A DNA stretch of 47,841 nt from Candidatus Margulisiibacteriota bacterium (GTDB lineage: Bacteria; Margulisbacteria; WOR-1; O2-12-FULL-45-9). The notes under the pieces were generated by a model, which did no database searches, was not told the origin of the DNA, and was given only the letters and a program-made list of their open reading frames with translations. The stretch covers positions 1 to 47,841 of the forward strand of contig JBDRHP010000005.1 in NCBI GenBank assembly GCA_043816785.1. Reading direction: 5' to 3'. Positions 17,744 through 26,946 of this stretch are shown in pieces (position 1 is the first letter of the stretch; the number at the start of each line of letters is the position of its first letter). A program made the translations under genes and the position numbers.

Positions 17744-17932
17744 ATGGTCAGCCGAGGAAAAACAGATAAGATCGGTCAAATGGCCGAGAAGGCGTTAAAA
17801 GAAGCAGTCAAAAAAGCGCTTGTCCAGCATCAACAGATGGGCATTCCAGCCGTCTACATGCAAAATGGTAAGATCGTTTATCTAATGCCCGATGGTAAAG
17901 TAGTTGCCAATCCTAAACAACACAAAAAATGA
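17744..17932 (+). CDS. Small partner protein (putative antitoxin) of the zeta-like ATPase
   Basis: AAGGAG RBS; AVKKAL..H...GIP.VY..NGKIV pattern seen downstream of such ATPases. Confidence 0.65.
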   Translation: MVSRGKTDKIGQMAEKALKEAVKKALVQHQQMGIPAVYMQNGKIVYLMPDGKVVANPKQHKK

Positions 17933-19095
17933 AAAAATCTAAAAGGCTGGAAAAAATACCACCCTATCTCTTTGTCAAGATCGAAGAGAAAAAAGAAAAA
18001 CTGCAAAAAGAAGGCAAGGACATCATTGACTTTGGCATTGGCGACCCGGACCTGCCCACCCCCAAGCACATTTTTAAAAAAATGAAAGAAGTGCTGGAAA
18101 AACCGGAATCCGGCCAATACCCAACGTCTAAAGGCGAATTCGCTTTTAGGAAGGCTGTTTCCAAATGGTACAAGAAACGCTTTAAGGTTGAGTTAAACCC
18201 TAGAGATGAAATCTGCTGTTTGCTCGGCTCAAAAGAGGGACTGGCTCACCTGCCCTTATGTTTTATTGATCAGGGAGATGTTTCCTTAGTTCCAGATCCG
18301 TCATACCCGGTTTACAAGATCTGCACTACCCTGGCTGGCGGCGAGCCGTATCTCATGCCCCTGACCGCGGAGAATAATTTTATTCCTGACCTGGACAGCA
18401 TTCCCAAGGACATCCTGAAACGGGCCAAACTGCTCTATATCAATTATCCGAATAACCCCACTGGCGCAGTAGCAGGAAAAGATTTCTTTGCCAAATGTGT
18501 TCAGTTTGCCAAGCAGCATGATCTGCTGCTTGTGTCCGACCTGGCTTATTCTGAAATGGGCTACCTTGGACCTAAACCGATCAGTGTGCTGGAGATCCCG
18601 GGCGCCAAGGATGTAACAATTGAGTTCCACTCCCTGTCCAAAACATATAATATGACCGGCTGGCGTATTGGCATGGCAGTCGGCAACAAAGAAGCGGTCC
18701 AAGCCCTGGCCACCATCAAATCAAACATGGACAGCGGGCAATTCAAGGCCATTCAATTCGCAGCTATTGAGGCATTAAGCGGGCCTCAGGACTGTGTGGA
18801 TGAACACAACAAGATCTTTGGCCAACGCGCCAAAGTCCTGGTCGATGGGCTTAATTCACTTGGCTGGAAACTGGAACCCCTGAAAGCTACTTTTTATGCC
18901 TGGGTTCCGATCCCCAAAGGAGAAACTTCCTCATCTTTTACAGAAAAGCTGCTGGAGAAGTGCGGGATTTTGGTAGTTCCAGGCAGTGGTTATGGTCCTT
19001 CCGGCGAAGGCTACGTCAGATTCGCCATTACTATCCCCAAGGAAAGAATCGCCGAAGCAATCGAGCGGATGAAAAAGAACGGGATTAAGTTTTAA
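17929..19095 (+). CDS. dapL: LL-diaminopimelate aminotransferase
   Basis: PPYLF, FGIGDPDLPTP, GSKEGLAH, NYPNNPTGA, EFHSLSKTYNMTGWRIG; proximity to dapF. Confidence 0.9.
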   Translation: MKKSKRLEKIPPYLFVKIEEKKEKLQKEGKDIIDFGIGDPDLPTPKHIFKKMKEVLEKPESGQYPTSKGEFAFRKAVSKWYKKRFKVELNPRDEICCLLGSKEGLAHLPLCFIDQGDVSLVPDPSYPVYKICTTLAGGEPYLMPLTAENNFIPDLDSIPKDILKRAKLLYINYPNNPTGAVAGKDFFAKCVQFAKQHDLLLVSDLAYSEMGYLGPKPISVLEIPGAKDVTIEFHSLSKTYNMTGWRIGMAVGNKEAVQALATIKSNMDSGQFKAIQFAAIEALSGPQDCVDEHNKIFGQRAKVLVDGLNSLGWKLEPLKATFYAWVPIPKGETSSSFTEKLLEKCGILVVPGSGYGPSGEGYVRFAITIPKERIAEAIERMKKNGIKF

Positions 19096-19101
19096 ATAGC
19101 C

Positions 19102-19265
19102 AATCCCGAATAAAACATAATTTTATCCCTAATCAACTTCACGAAACAATCCGAATTCCTCTCATATAATTATTTGAGATTAATCAGAGGTAATTAGGGA
19201 AAAAGAATTCGAGACAAATCTTCGAGATGCTTCGTGAAAAGTGATTAGCGATAGAATTCGCGATT
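19102..19265. repeat. Dispersed imperfect palindromic element (MITE/REP-like), copy 1
   Basis: Ends aatcccgaat / attcgcgatt and inner arms ttttatccctaatcaacttcacgaa / ttcgtgaaaagtgattagcgatagaa; related copy at 27473-27680. Confidence 0.7.
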
Positions 19266-19272
19266 AAAGAAC

Positions 19273-19340
19273 AAACAAAAAACCCCTGAACAGGCTCAGG
19301 GGTTTATTTGATGGTGAAGGAAGGTATGGTATGTCTTCCT
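19273..19340 (-). ncRNA. Candidate ~68 nt small RNA
   Basis: Bounded by a sigma28-like promoter (19347-19373) and an intrinsic terminator; no ATG; 5' hairpin AGGAAG/CUUCCU. Confidence 0.5.
19277..19308. terminator. Bidirectional intrinsic terminator
   Basis: AAACCCCTGA-ACAGGC-TCAGGGGTTT perfect stem; longer U tract on the minus strand. Confidence 0.85.
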
Positions 19341-19346
19341 GTATAT

Positions 19347-19373
19347 ATATCGGCACTTTTTAGGAGAAATTTC
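19347..19373 (-). promoter_or_regulatory. sigma28-like promoter GAAATTTC-N11-GCCGATAT
   Basis: Closest match in the window to the FliA consensus; back-to-back with the ispH promoter TTCACT-N17-TATAAT (19371-19399). Confidence 0.65.
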
Positions 19374-19406
19374 ACTTTTTCTTGAAATTCATCTATAATG
19401 ATTTCC

Positions 19407-20249
19407 ATGGAAATTAGCCTTGCCACCTGCGCTGGTTTCTGCGAAGGAGTCGAACGGGCTTACCGGATCGCCCTTGAACAAGTAAAAGCCGGCCAAACAG
19501 TTTTTATGCTCGGTAATCTGGTACACAACACCCAGGTAATAGAAAAATTTAAAGCCCTGGGAGTAAAGACTGTTAATAATATTGCCGAGATCCCTAATAA
19601 TGCACCAGGCATCCTGCTCATTTCCGCCCACGGCGTTCCACCCAATATATATGAAGAGGCCAAAAACAAAGGCTTAAGCATGGTTGATACCACCTGCGCC
19701 TGGGTGAAGAAAGCCCAAAGGATCGCCAAGGAATTAACAGCTGAAGGCCGCCAGGTGATCATAGTCGGAGATAAAGGCCACGTTGAGGTTAAGGGAATTG
19801 TTGGCTGGAGCGGCGGCACAGCAATAGTTATTGAGGACCTTAAAGATCTTAATAATCTCTCTCTTTCCCCTGATGCAAAAGTCGGCATCATCGCTCAAAC
19901 CACTCAATCTGAAGATCATTTTTTTAAACTGGTCACTGAACTTAAAAAACGAGTCAAAGATGTTGTTGTATTCGATACGATCTGTGGTGCCACCTCTAAA
20001 CGCCAAAATGCCGCGGTTAAATTAGCCAAACAGGTAGACTTGATGCTGGTCATTGGCGATAAAATGAGCGCTAACACTAAACGCTTAGCTGAACTCTGTT
20101 CTAAGACCGGGGTGGCAACCCATCAGATCCAAACAGTAGCAGAATTGGATCTTAGCTGGTTAAAGGGTAAAAACAAGGTCGGCATTACTGCCGGCGCCTC
20201 GACCCCGGATTGGGTCATCAAAGAAGTTGTTGCTAAACTAGATATCTGA
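19407..20249 (+). CDS. ispH: 4-hydroxy-3-methylbut-2-enyl diphosphate reductase
   Basis: GFCEGVERA, LVHN, SAHGV, DTTCAWV, AQTTQ, TICGAT, GITAGASTP. Confidence 0.95.
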   Translation: MEISLATCAGFCEGVERAYRIALEQVKAGQTVFMLGNLVHNTQVIEKFKALGVKTVNNIAEIPNNAPGILLISAHGVPPNIYEEAKNKGLSMVDTTCAWVKKAQRIAKELTAEGRQVIIVGDKGHVEVKGIVGWSGGTAIVIEDLKDLNNLSLSPDAKVGIIAQTTQSEDHFFKLVTELKKRVKDVVVFDTICGATSKRQNAAVKLAKQVDLMLVIGDKMSANTKRLAELCSKTGVATHQIQTVAELDLSWLKGKNKVGITAGASTPDWVIKEVVAKLDI

Positions 20250-20264
20250 TAAAATTCGTCTATT

Positions 20265-21797
20265 GTGACTGAACATCATAAACCACGCATTACCTGGGGT
20301 TCACAAGTTGGTTTCCTCTTTGCCGCGATCGGTTCGGCAATTGGCCTGGGCAATATCTGGCGTTTCAGCTACATGACTTATGAGAACGGCGGCGGAGCCT
20401 TCCTGGTCCCCTACTTCATCGCTCTGCTTACAGCTGGAATTCCTTTGATGATCCTGGAATTCGGCCTGGGACACAAAAAACACGGCGCATCTTCCCTGGC
20501 TTTTGCCAAGATCGGCCGCGGCTTTGAATGGCTGGGCTGGTGGATGCCGGTTTTTGCCACTTTTGGCATCATGCTTTTTTATTCGGTAGTAATTGGCTGG
20601 TGTGTCAATTATGTTTTATTCAGTTTTAACCTGGCCTGGGGCGCGGATGCCCAAACTTTCTTTTTAAATGACTTTTTAAAGTTAAGCCCCGGTGTGTTTC
20701 AGCTCGGCGGCCTTCCACTTCACATCTTGCTTTCTTTAGCTTTTGTCTGGTTCTTGACCTGGCTGATCTGCTTTCGCGAAGTTAACCACGGCATTGAAAA
20801 AGCCTGTTTAATCTTTATGCCCTTACTTTTCGTCCTGACTTTAATTTTAGTGGGATGGGGATTGACTCTTCCTGGCGCCTGGGAAGGAATTAAATGGTAC
20901 TTGAAGCCGGATTTTTCCAAAATTATTAACTGGAAAGTATGGATTGCTGCTTATGGCCAGATATTTTTCACTTTGACTTTGGGTTTTGGTGTGATGATTG
21001 CTTATGCCAGCTATTTACCTAAACGAACAGATATTGTTAAAAACGCGGTAATAACCAGCCTGGTTAATTGTTTTTATTCTTTTGTGGCCGGGTTTGCTGT
21101 TTTTGGGGTTTTGGGTTACATGTCTGTTAAAAGCGGTTTGCCGGTTGATCAAGTAGTCAAGTCCGGCCCGATCTTGGCTTTTGTCGCTTATCCGCAGGCG
21201 ATTTCTTTATTGCCGTTTATGCGGGAAGCGTTTGGCGTGATTTTCTTTGGCGCTTTGGTTATCGCTGGAATTTCCTCAGGCATTTCTTTAATCGAAGCCT
21301 TTAGCCGGGCTGTGACAGATAAATTTGACTGGAACCGTAAAATAGTTGTTTCTGCGCTCTGCGCAGTCGGTTTCCTTGGCAGCTTAATATTTGCTTCGGG
21401 CGCAGGACTCTACTGGTTGGATATTGTTGACCATTATATTAACCAGTACGGCTTAATTATTGCTGGAATTCTCGAATGCCTGGTGGTAGGCTGGTTTCTT
21501 AAGGCTAAAATTTTGCGCACTCATATTAACGCAGTGTCTGACTGGGGCATTAACCGTCTCTGGGACATTGCTATAAGATATATAACGCCAGGCGTGCTTT
21601 TAATCATTTTTGTCTCGAACCTTATCTCAGAATTCCAAAAACCCTATGGCGGTTATGATGTTTTGGCTTTGGTCTTGTTAGGCGGCTGCTGGCTTTTAGC
21701 CACGCTTCTGGTAGGCATTGTTTTAAGTTTCCCTAAGTGGGACAAGAAAAAGCTGGCCTATGACCATTTTGCCGAAGAGGACAAACTCCTTGTGTAA
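20265..21797 (+). CDS. Sodium-dependent transporter, NSS (SNF/LeuT) family
   Basis: GSAIGLGNIWRF, NGGGAFLVPY, AYGQIFFTL, YASYLP. Confidence 0.95.
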   Translation: MTEHHKPRITWGSQVGFLFAAIGSAIGLGNIWRFSYMTYENGGGAFLVPYFIALLTAGIPLMILEFGLGHKKHGASSLAFAKIGRGFEWLGWWMPVFATFGIMLFYSVVIGWCVNYVLFSFNLAWGADAQTFFLNDFLKLSPGVFQLGGLPLHILLSLAFVWFLTWLICFREVNHGIEKACLIFMPLLFVLTLILVGWGLTLPGAWEGIKWYLKPDFSKIINWKVWIAAYGQIFFTLTLGFGVMIAYASYLPKRTDIVKNAVITSLVNCFYSFVAGFAVFGVLGYMSVKSGLPVDQVVKSGPILAFVAYPQAISLLPFMREAFGVIFFGALVIAGISSGISLIEAFSRAVTDKFDWNRKIVVSALCAVGFLGSLIFASGAGLYWLDIVDHYINQYGLIIAGILECLVVGWFLKAKILRTHINAVSDWGINRLWDIAIRYITPGVLLIIFVSNLISEFQKPYGGYDVLALVLLGGCWLLATLLVGIVLSFPKWDKKKLAYDHFAEEDKLLV

Positions 21798-23322
21798 TTT
21801 TTGGAAGCCAGCGAGGAAACCGAGACGTTTCGTCTCGGGTTTCCGAGCTGCACTTGTTTTGCTGCTATTAATTGTTGGCGCTAACCTAGCCCAGGCCTCA
21901 ATTCTCTATCGCATCCGTTTTGGCTATTATCCCGACAAGATCCGCACGGTCTTTGATTTCGACGGCGCCTTTAGTTATGATACCGATGAGTCAAAAGAAA
22001 AAATCATCCTGCGCCTGAAAAATACTATTGCCAGCCCGGACATCCAAAGCTATGTTGAGCTTAACGATCTGATCGTGCGCTATTTGGAAGTGGAAAAAGA
22101 CGGCCAAGATATCAAGATCACTATCCCGCTGGCTGAACCGATTGACTACAACATTTTTTATTTAAATGATCCGCCCCGGCTGGTAGTAGATTTTGGCCGG
22201 GAATATCTGAACATTGTTTCCGGTGGAACCATCGCCGACGGAGTTGAGTTTCTCAAGGTTAAAAAAGGCCTGGCCGCCGGACCAGTTACAGCCAGTGTGC
22301 TGCGCGTTGACCTTAACAAGGCGCGGGTTCGGCCTGCCCTGGCCCAGGCACAAACGCCTAACATAGTCGAATCATTTGTCAATCTCTTGACCCCCTGGGT
22401 GCAAAGGGGCTCAACCAGCCATTTTTATCTTGATAAAGTCAGTAACATTGTGGCGGAGCAGCAGGCCCTGGCAGGGATAAATGGCACCTACTTTGCTTCC
22501 AATGGCAGACCATTGGGCGCCCTGATGATAGACCAGGAATTGCTTTCCTATTCCATCCATGATCGAACAGCTTTTTTTCTCGATGAGGCCAATCAACCCT
22601 ACATCGACAATCTTTTTATTTCCGCCTATTTTACGATCAAGAACGGCACCCGCTATAAAATCACGGGCATCAACCAGCAGCGGAGCAGCAACGATGTGAT
22701 CATGTATACGCCGGTCTGGGGAGAAAAAACCGGCACCAACAATAATGGCATTGAAGTAGTGGTCGCCAACGGAAAAATCAGCCAGATCAACGTCTCTGAT
22801 TCAAAAATCCCTGAGGACGGCTATGTCCTATCAGCTAATGGCCCGGCCATTGAGGTCCTGGCAGATAATCTTAGATTGGGGGATAAGCTTACGACCCAGA
22901 TCAAAATTGTCCCTTATAACACCTCGCCAGAGAAGATCATCCATCTTATTTCCGGCGGCCCCCGGCTGCTCAAAACCGGCCGGACCTATATTTCCAAACA
23001 CGAGGAAAAATTTCAAACAGACATTGCCAAAGGCCGGGCAGCCCGCACAGCTGTTGGGATCACCAAAGAAAAAGAGTTACTGCTGGTTACTGTTGACGGC
23101 CCTCCCCGGCGCCAGCAAGTTAGAAAAGATGCAAAAATAAGCATTGGAGTAACTTTAGAAGAACTCTCTAATTTGCTGTTAAGCCTGGGAGCTTACGAGG
23201 CCATGAATCTGGACGGCGGCAGCTCCAGCACCATGATCATCAACAACCGGCTGGCAAACATACCAACCAGCGGTTATCAAAGAAGGGTTAGCAACGCGAT
23301 CATTATCCGGCCGGAGCTTTAA
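21760..23322 (+). CDS. Phosphodiester glycosidase (NAGPA) family protein with N-terminal AMIN-like region; start uncertain
   Basis: AGINGTYF, GGPRLL, ARTAVG, AMNLDGGSS, RRVSNAI; PPRLVVDF AMIN motif. Confidence 0.85.
   Translation: MTILPKRTNSLCNFWKPARKPRRFVSGFRAALVLLLLIVGANLAQASILYRIRFGYYPDKIRTVFDFDGAFSYDTDESKEKIILRLKNTIASPDIQSYVELNDLIVRYLEVEKDGQDIKITIPLAEPIDYNIFYLNDPPRLVVDFGREYLNIVSGGTIADGVEFLKVKKGLAAGPVTASVLRVDLNKARVRPALAQAQTPNIVESFVNLLTPWVQRGSTSHFYLDKVSNIVAEQQALAGINGTYFASNGRPLGALMIDQELLSYSIHDRTAFFLDEANQPYIDNLFISAYFTIKNGTRYKITGINQQRSSNDVIMYTPVWGEKTGTNNNGIEVVVANGKISQINVSDSKIPEDGYVLSANGPAIEVLADNLRLGDKLTTQIKIVPYNTSPEKIIHLISGGPRLLKTGRTYISKHEEKFQTDIAKGRAARTAVGITKEKELLLVTVDGPPRRQQVRKDAKISIGVTLEELSNLLLSLGAYEAMNLDGGSSSTMIINNRLANIPTSGYQRRVSNAIIIRPEL
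21809..21850. repeat. REP-like hairpin in the 5' end of the NAGPA-family gene
   Basis: ggaaac-cgagacg-TTT-cgtctcg-g-gtttcc with outer cagc/gctg. Confidence 0.6.
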
Positions 23323-23609
23323 TTGGCAGTGCTTAAGAAGTCTGAAAAATATCCCTTGAACTCTTCTGAGAGAGGAACCTTGCCGTCCCAGCGGGCCAGG
23401 ACATCGCTTTGGGCCTCGATCACCGTGGCGGGGATTTTGATTACTTCGTAGAAAGCGCCTTCAGCCAGACCATCAACTGTTTCCATGTCAAAGAAAGATA
23501 ATTTAACCTTGTTGGCATCAATGTTCCAACGGCCAAGAAAAGTCTCAAATTTCTTCATGGTGGTCTTGCAAAATTCGCAGCCAGGTTTGCCGAAAACTTT
23601 TACTTCCAT
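23319..23609 (-). CDS. Thioredoxin/glutaredoxin-like protein (NrdH-type)
   Basis: GKPGCEFC active site; DGLAEGAFYEV..IP and WDGKVP pattern. Confidence 0.75.
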   Translation of the reverse strand: MEVKVFGKPGCEFCKTTMKKFETFLGRWNIDANKVKLSFFDMETVDGLAEGAFYEVIKIPATVIEAQSDVLARWDGKVPLSEEFKGYFSDFLSTAN

Positions 23610-23612
23610 AAG

Positions 23613-23930
23613 TTATTCCCTGCTATCCAGTGTTTTCTTAATGGCCAGGTACTGGACCAGCAAGCCAGAAAAAAGAAAGACCGTAAAGACCAGGTACATT
23701 GACTCCTGCACAACTCGCGAAGAAGTATAAATACTATATTCAATAAAAAAATCGTAGACACGCAGCACGGCCATAATAATGACCGCTGGCACCAGGTATT
23801 TCCAGCCCTTGGCCAGAACATACAGATCATCCCTGCCAACAGACCGGAAGATCTCCAGCACCAAAAAAACAGAACTGAGAATCAAAACAATATTCAGGCC
23901 AACAATTATATCCGTAATAAACTCAAGCAT
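23613..23930 (-). CDS. Small 3-TM membrane protein
   Basis: Three hydrophobic helices; TTGACA-N16-TATAAT 7 nt before the ATG; shares AVLRV...IEY with 28182-28481. Confidence 0.7.
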   Translation of the reverse strand: MLEFITDIIVGLNIVLILSSVFLVLEIFRSVGRDDLYVLAKGWKYLVPAVIIMAVLRVYDFFIEYSIYTSSRVVQESMYLVFTVFLFSGLLVQYLAIKKTLDSRE

Positions 23931-24031
23931 TGTATAAATTATACTCCCAGGCTAAAAGTTGTCAAGCTGGGATTCGGATTGTTCGGCTTAAGTTGACTTT
24001 AGGCCGCAAAAATTATATATTACTAAAAATC

Positions 24032-25714
24032 ATGCCTAAGGCAAGAAAAACTCTTGGCGAGTTCTTGGTTGAAAACAAAATCATCAGCACTAACCAGCTG
24101 CAAACGGCACGGCTTGAGTCTGAAAAGACCGACGAAGCGCTCAGCCACGTAGTAGTTCGGCTGGGAATGGCCAGCGAAGATTCGGTCTTAAAATATTACA
24201 CGGAGTTCTGCAAGATGCCCCAGGCTGATCTGAAGAATATCGACCCACAAATCTTATCCCTTATCCCGGAAACCTTCGCCCGCCGCTACCATCTGATCCC
24301 GATCGTGCGCAAAGAAAAAAAACTGGTCATTGCCATGTCCGATCCGCTCAATGTGATCGTCAAAGATGAAATCAAGTTTAAGACCGGGCTGGAGGTTGAA
24401 GCGCAGGCCGCGCCGAATTCAGAAATCACCCAAGCCATCAGTCAACTCTACAAGACTACCGGTTCGCTGGGCGAGATCCTGGAAAAGATTGATCTAAAAT
24501 CCGTGGCCGTGGCCGAAGAAGAGAGCGATCCCTCAAAATTGCAGAGCCTGGCCGAAGAAGCTCCAGTGATCAAACTGGTCAACTCTTTTATTGCCAGCGC
24601 CTTTCATGATCGCGCCTCAGACCTGCATATTGAACCGGATGAAAATATTTTGCGCATCAGACAACGGGTTGACGGCATCCTTTATGACATCGCCACTATG
24701 CCCAAACACCTGCAGCCAGCCATTATCTCTCGCGCCAAAATCATGTCTGACTTAAACATCGCGGTAAAGCGCGCGCCCCAGGACGGCCGATTCCAGATCG
24801 AGATCGAGGGTAACCCAATTGATGTGCGCGTTTCAACCTATCCCACGATCTACGGCGAAAACGTGGTCATGAGGCTGCTGGATAGCCGCGCGGTCCTGTT
24901 TGGCGTTGAAGAAGTGGGCTTTTCCAGTGAGGATAACAAGCGTTTTAAGAAACTCCTGGCCACTCCTTACGGCATTATTTTGGTTACCGGCCCAACCGGC
25001 AGCGGAAAAACTACTACACTCTACTCAGCGCTTAACACCCTTAATTCCCCCAAGAAAAATATCATGACCATTGAGGATCCGGTTGAATATCACCTCTTTG
25101 GCATCAGGCAGGCGCAGGTCAATCCGCAAGGCGGCTTGACCTTTGCTACTGGCTTGCGTTCCATCCTGCGCCAGGACCCGGACATCATCATGGTCGGAGA
25201 AATCAGGGACCTGGAAACAGCCGAGATCGCGGTCCACTCGGCCCTGACCGGCCACCTGGTGTTAAGCACCTTGCATACCAATGACGCGACCAGCGCTCTT
25301 ACTCGTTTGATCGACATGGGAGTTGAACCGTTCCTGGTCTCCTCCTCAGTCGTTGGTATCCTGGCCCAGCGGCTGGTACGCAAGCTTTGTGATGAGTGCA
25401 AAGAGCCTTTTACCCCCAATCCCCAGGTGCTGGAAGAAATCGGGCTGTCCCACGAAAAGAAAGCCCAGACCTTTTACAAGGGAAAAGGCTGTAAGAAATG
25501 CAAAGACGGGTTCAGAGGCCGCATTGGCATTTTTGAACTGCTGGTAATGACCGAACAGATCAAAGAAATGGTCCTGTCCAAAGCTCCGTTATCAACGATC
25601 AAAGCAACCGCTAAAGAGGCTGGGATGAAAACCCTGCGGGAAAACGGCATTGAAAAAGTACTGCAAGGGGTCACTTCCATAGACGAGATACTCGAAGTGA
25701 CCCGAATGGAGTAA
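24032..25714 (+). CDS. pilB: Type IV pilus/T2SS assembly ATPase (PilB/GspE)
   Basis: LGEFLVE MshEN-like start, ASDLHIEP, PQDGR, GPTGSGKTTT, EDPVEY, LRQDPD, TGHLVLSTLH, Zn-binding Cys pairs. Confidence 0.92.
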   Translation: MPKARKTLGEFLVENKIISTNQLQTARLESEKTDEALSHVVVRLGMASEDSVLKYYTEFCKMPQADLKNIDPQILSLIPETFARRYHLIPIVRKEKKLVIAMSDPLNVIVKDEIKFKTGLEVEAQAAPNSEITQAISQLYKTTGSLGEILEKIDLKSVAVAEEESDPSKLQSLAEEAPVIKLVNSFIASAFHDRASDLHIEPDENILRIRQRVDGILYDIATMPKHLQPAIISRAKIMSDLNIAVKRAPQDGRFQIEIEGNPIDVRVSTYPTIYGENVVMRLLDSRAVLFGVEEVGFSSEDNKRFKKLLATPYGIILVTGPTGSGKTTTLYSALNTLNSPKKNIMTIEDPVEYHLFGIRQAQVNPQGGLTFATGLRSILRQDPDIIMVGEIRDLETAEIAVHSALTGHLVLSTLHTNDATSALTRLIDMGVEPFLVSSSVVGILAQRLVRKLCDECKEPFTPNPQVLEEIGLSHEKKAQTFYKGKGCKKCKDGFRGRIGIFELLVMTEQIKEMVLSKAPLSTIKATAKEAGMKTLRENGIEKVLQGVTSIDEILEVTRME

Positions 25715-25716
25715 TT

Positions 25717-26931
25717 ATGGCGGATTTTAATTATAGAGTAAGGGATGATAAGGGCAAGGCGATTCAAGGCAAGATGTCTGGCACCAGCTCCGAGGTAGTT
25801 GCCGACCATCTGCACGACCTAGGCTACACCGTAATACAGGTCAAAAAAGCAGGAGAATTTTTTTCGTTCCGGGCCGAACTTCCCAGCCTGAGCAGGATCA
25901 AGACCGAAGATTACGTTATGCTTACCTCCCAGCTTTCAGCCATGATCGGCGCCGGGCTTTCACTGACCGTTGCCCTTGAGGTTTTGGCTGATCAAACTGA
26001 AAACCCGCGCCTTAAATCCGCCATCGCCACAGTGGCAGAAGATATCCGGGGCGGCGCCTCTTTTGCAGAAGCCCTACGCAAGCACCACGGGATCTTTTCA
26101 GCCTTATTCATCAACATGGTTGCAGCCGGTGAAGTGGCCGGTAATTTGGATGATGTCTTGGCTCGGCTGACGATCTTTATTGAAAAGCAAGCCGAGATCC
26201 GGCAAAAGATCCTCACCGCCCTCTTTTATCCGATAATCTTGCTTATCTTCAGCTTGTTTGTTGTTATTTTTATTATCATAACCGTACTGCCCTCGTTCGT
26301 AAAGATCTTTCAAGATGCCAAAGTCCCTCTCCCCTTGCCTACCCTAATACTTTACAAGATGAATCTTTTTATCCGCAGCAGCTGGCTGTTAATTATCTTG
26401 TTTTTGGTCGCTGCTTATATTGGTCTGCACTTCGCCAAAAAAAGCCAGACCGGCAAAGCCTTTATGGACAGGCTTATTCTTGACCTGCCCATCATCGGAA
26501 GCCTAGCGCGTAAGATAGAAATAGCCAGGTTCTCCCGGACCCTGTCAGCGCTGCTTGTTTCCGGCGTGCCCATGCTGCAAACGCTTGAAACATTATCCCG
26601 GACCACGGAAAACTCGGTCTTTGCCGGAGTGATCAAGGATACGTACGAGTATGTGCGCAAGGGCGGGACGTTATCCGATCAGCTTAAAAGAAGCGGTGAG
26701 CTGCCTGCCTTGGCGGTCAAGATGGCTGCGGTCGGGGAAGAAACAGGTTCTTTGGACAAGATGATGACAAAGGTAGCGAACTTTTATGAGATGTCAGTTG
26801 ACTATTCCATCAAAAGGGTCACAGCTTTAGTTGAGCCCTTGCTGCTTGTTTTTGTTGGTGGCATAGTCGGTTTTATCATGGCCTCGGTTATCCTGCCTAT
26901 CTTCCGGATGGTTGGCACACTGCGCCGGTAG
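25717..26931 (+). CDS. pilC: Type IV pilus/T2SS inner-membrane platform protein (PilC/GspF)
   Basis: AGEVAGNLD, ALFYP, RFSRTLSALLVSGVP, GEETGSLD, LVEP. Confidence 0.92.
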   Translation: MADFNYRVRDDKGKAIQGKMSGTSSEVVADHLHDLGYTVIQVKKAGEFFSFRAELPSLSRIKTEDYVMLTSQLSAMIGAGLSLTVALEVLADQTENPRLKSAIATVAEDIRGGASFAEALRKHHGIFSALFINMVAAGEVAGNLDDVLARLTIFIEKQAEIRQKILTALFYPIILLIFSLFVVIFIIITVLPSFVKIFQDAKVPLPLPTLILYKMNLFIRSSWLLIILFLVAAYIGLHFAKKSQTGKAFMDRLILDLPIIGSLARKIEIARFSRTLSALLVSGVPMLQTLETLSRTTENSVFAGVIKDTYEYVRKGGTLSDQLKRSGELPALAVKMAAVGEETGSLDKMMTKVANFYEMSVDYSIKRVTALVEPLLLVFVGGIVGFIMASVILPIFRMVGTLRR

Positions 26932-26946
26932 TTAGTAAGTTAAACT

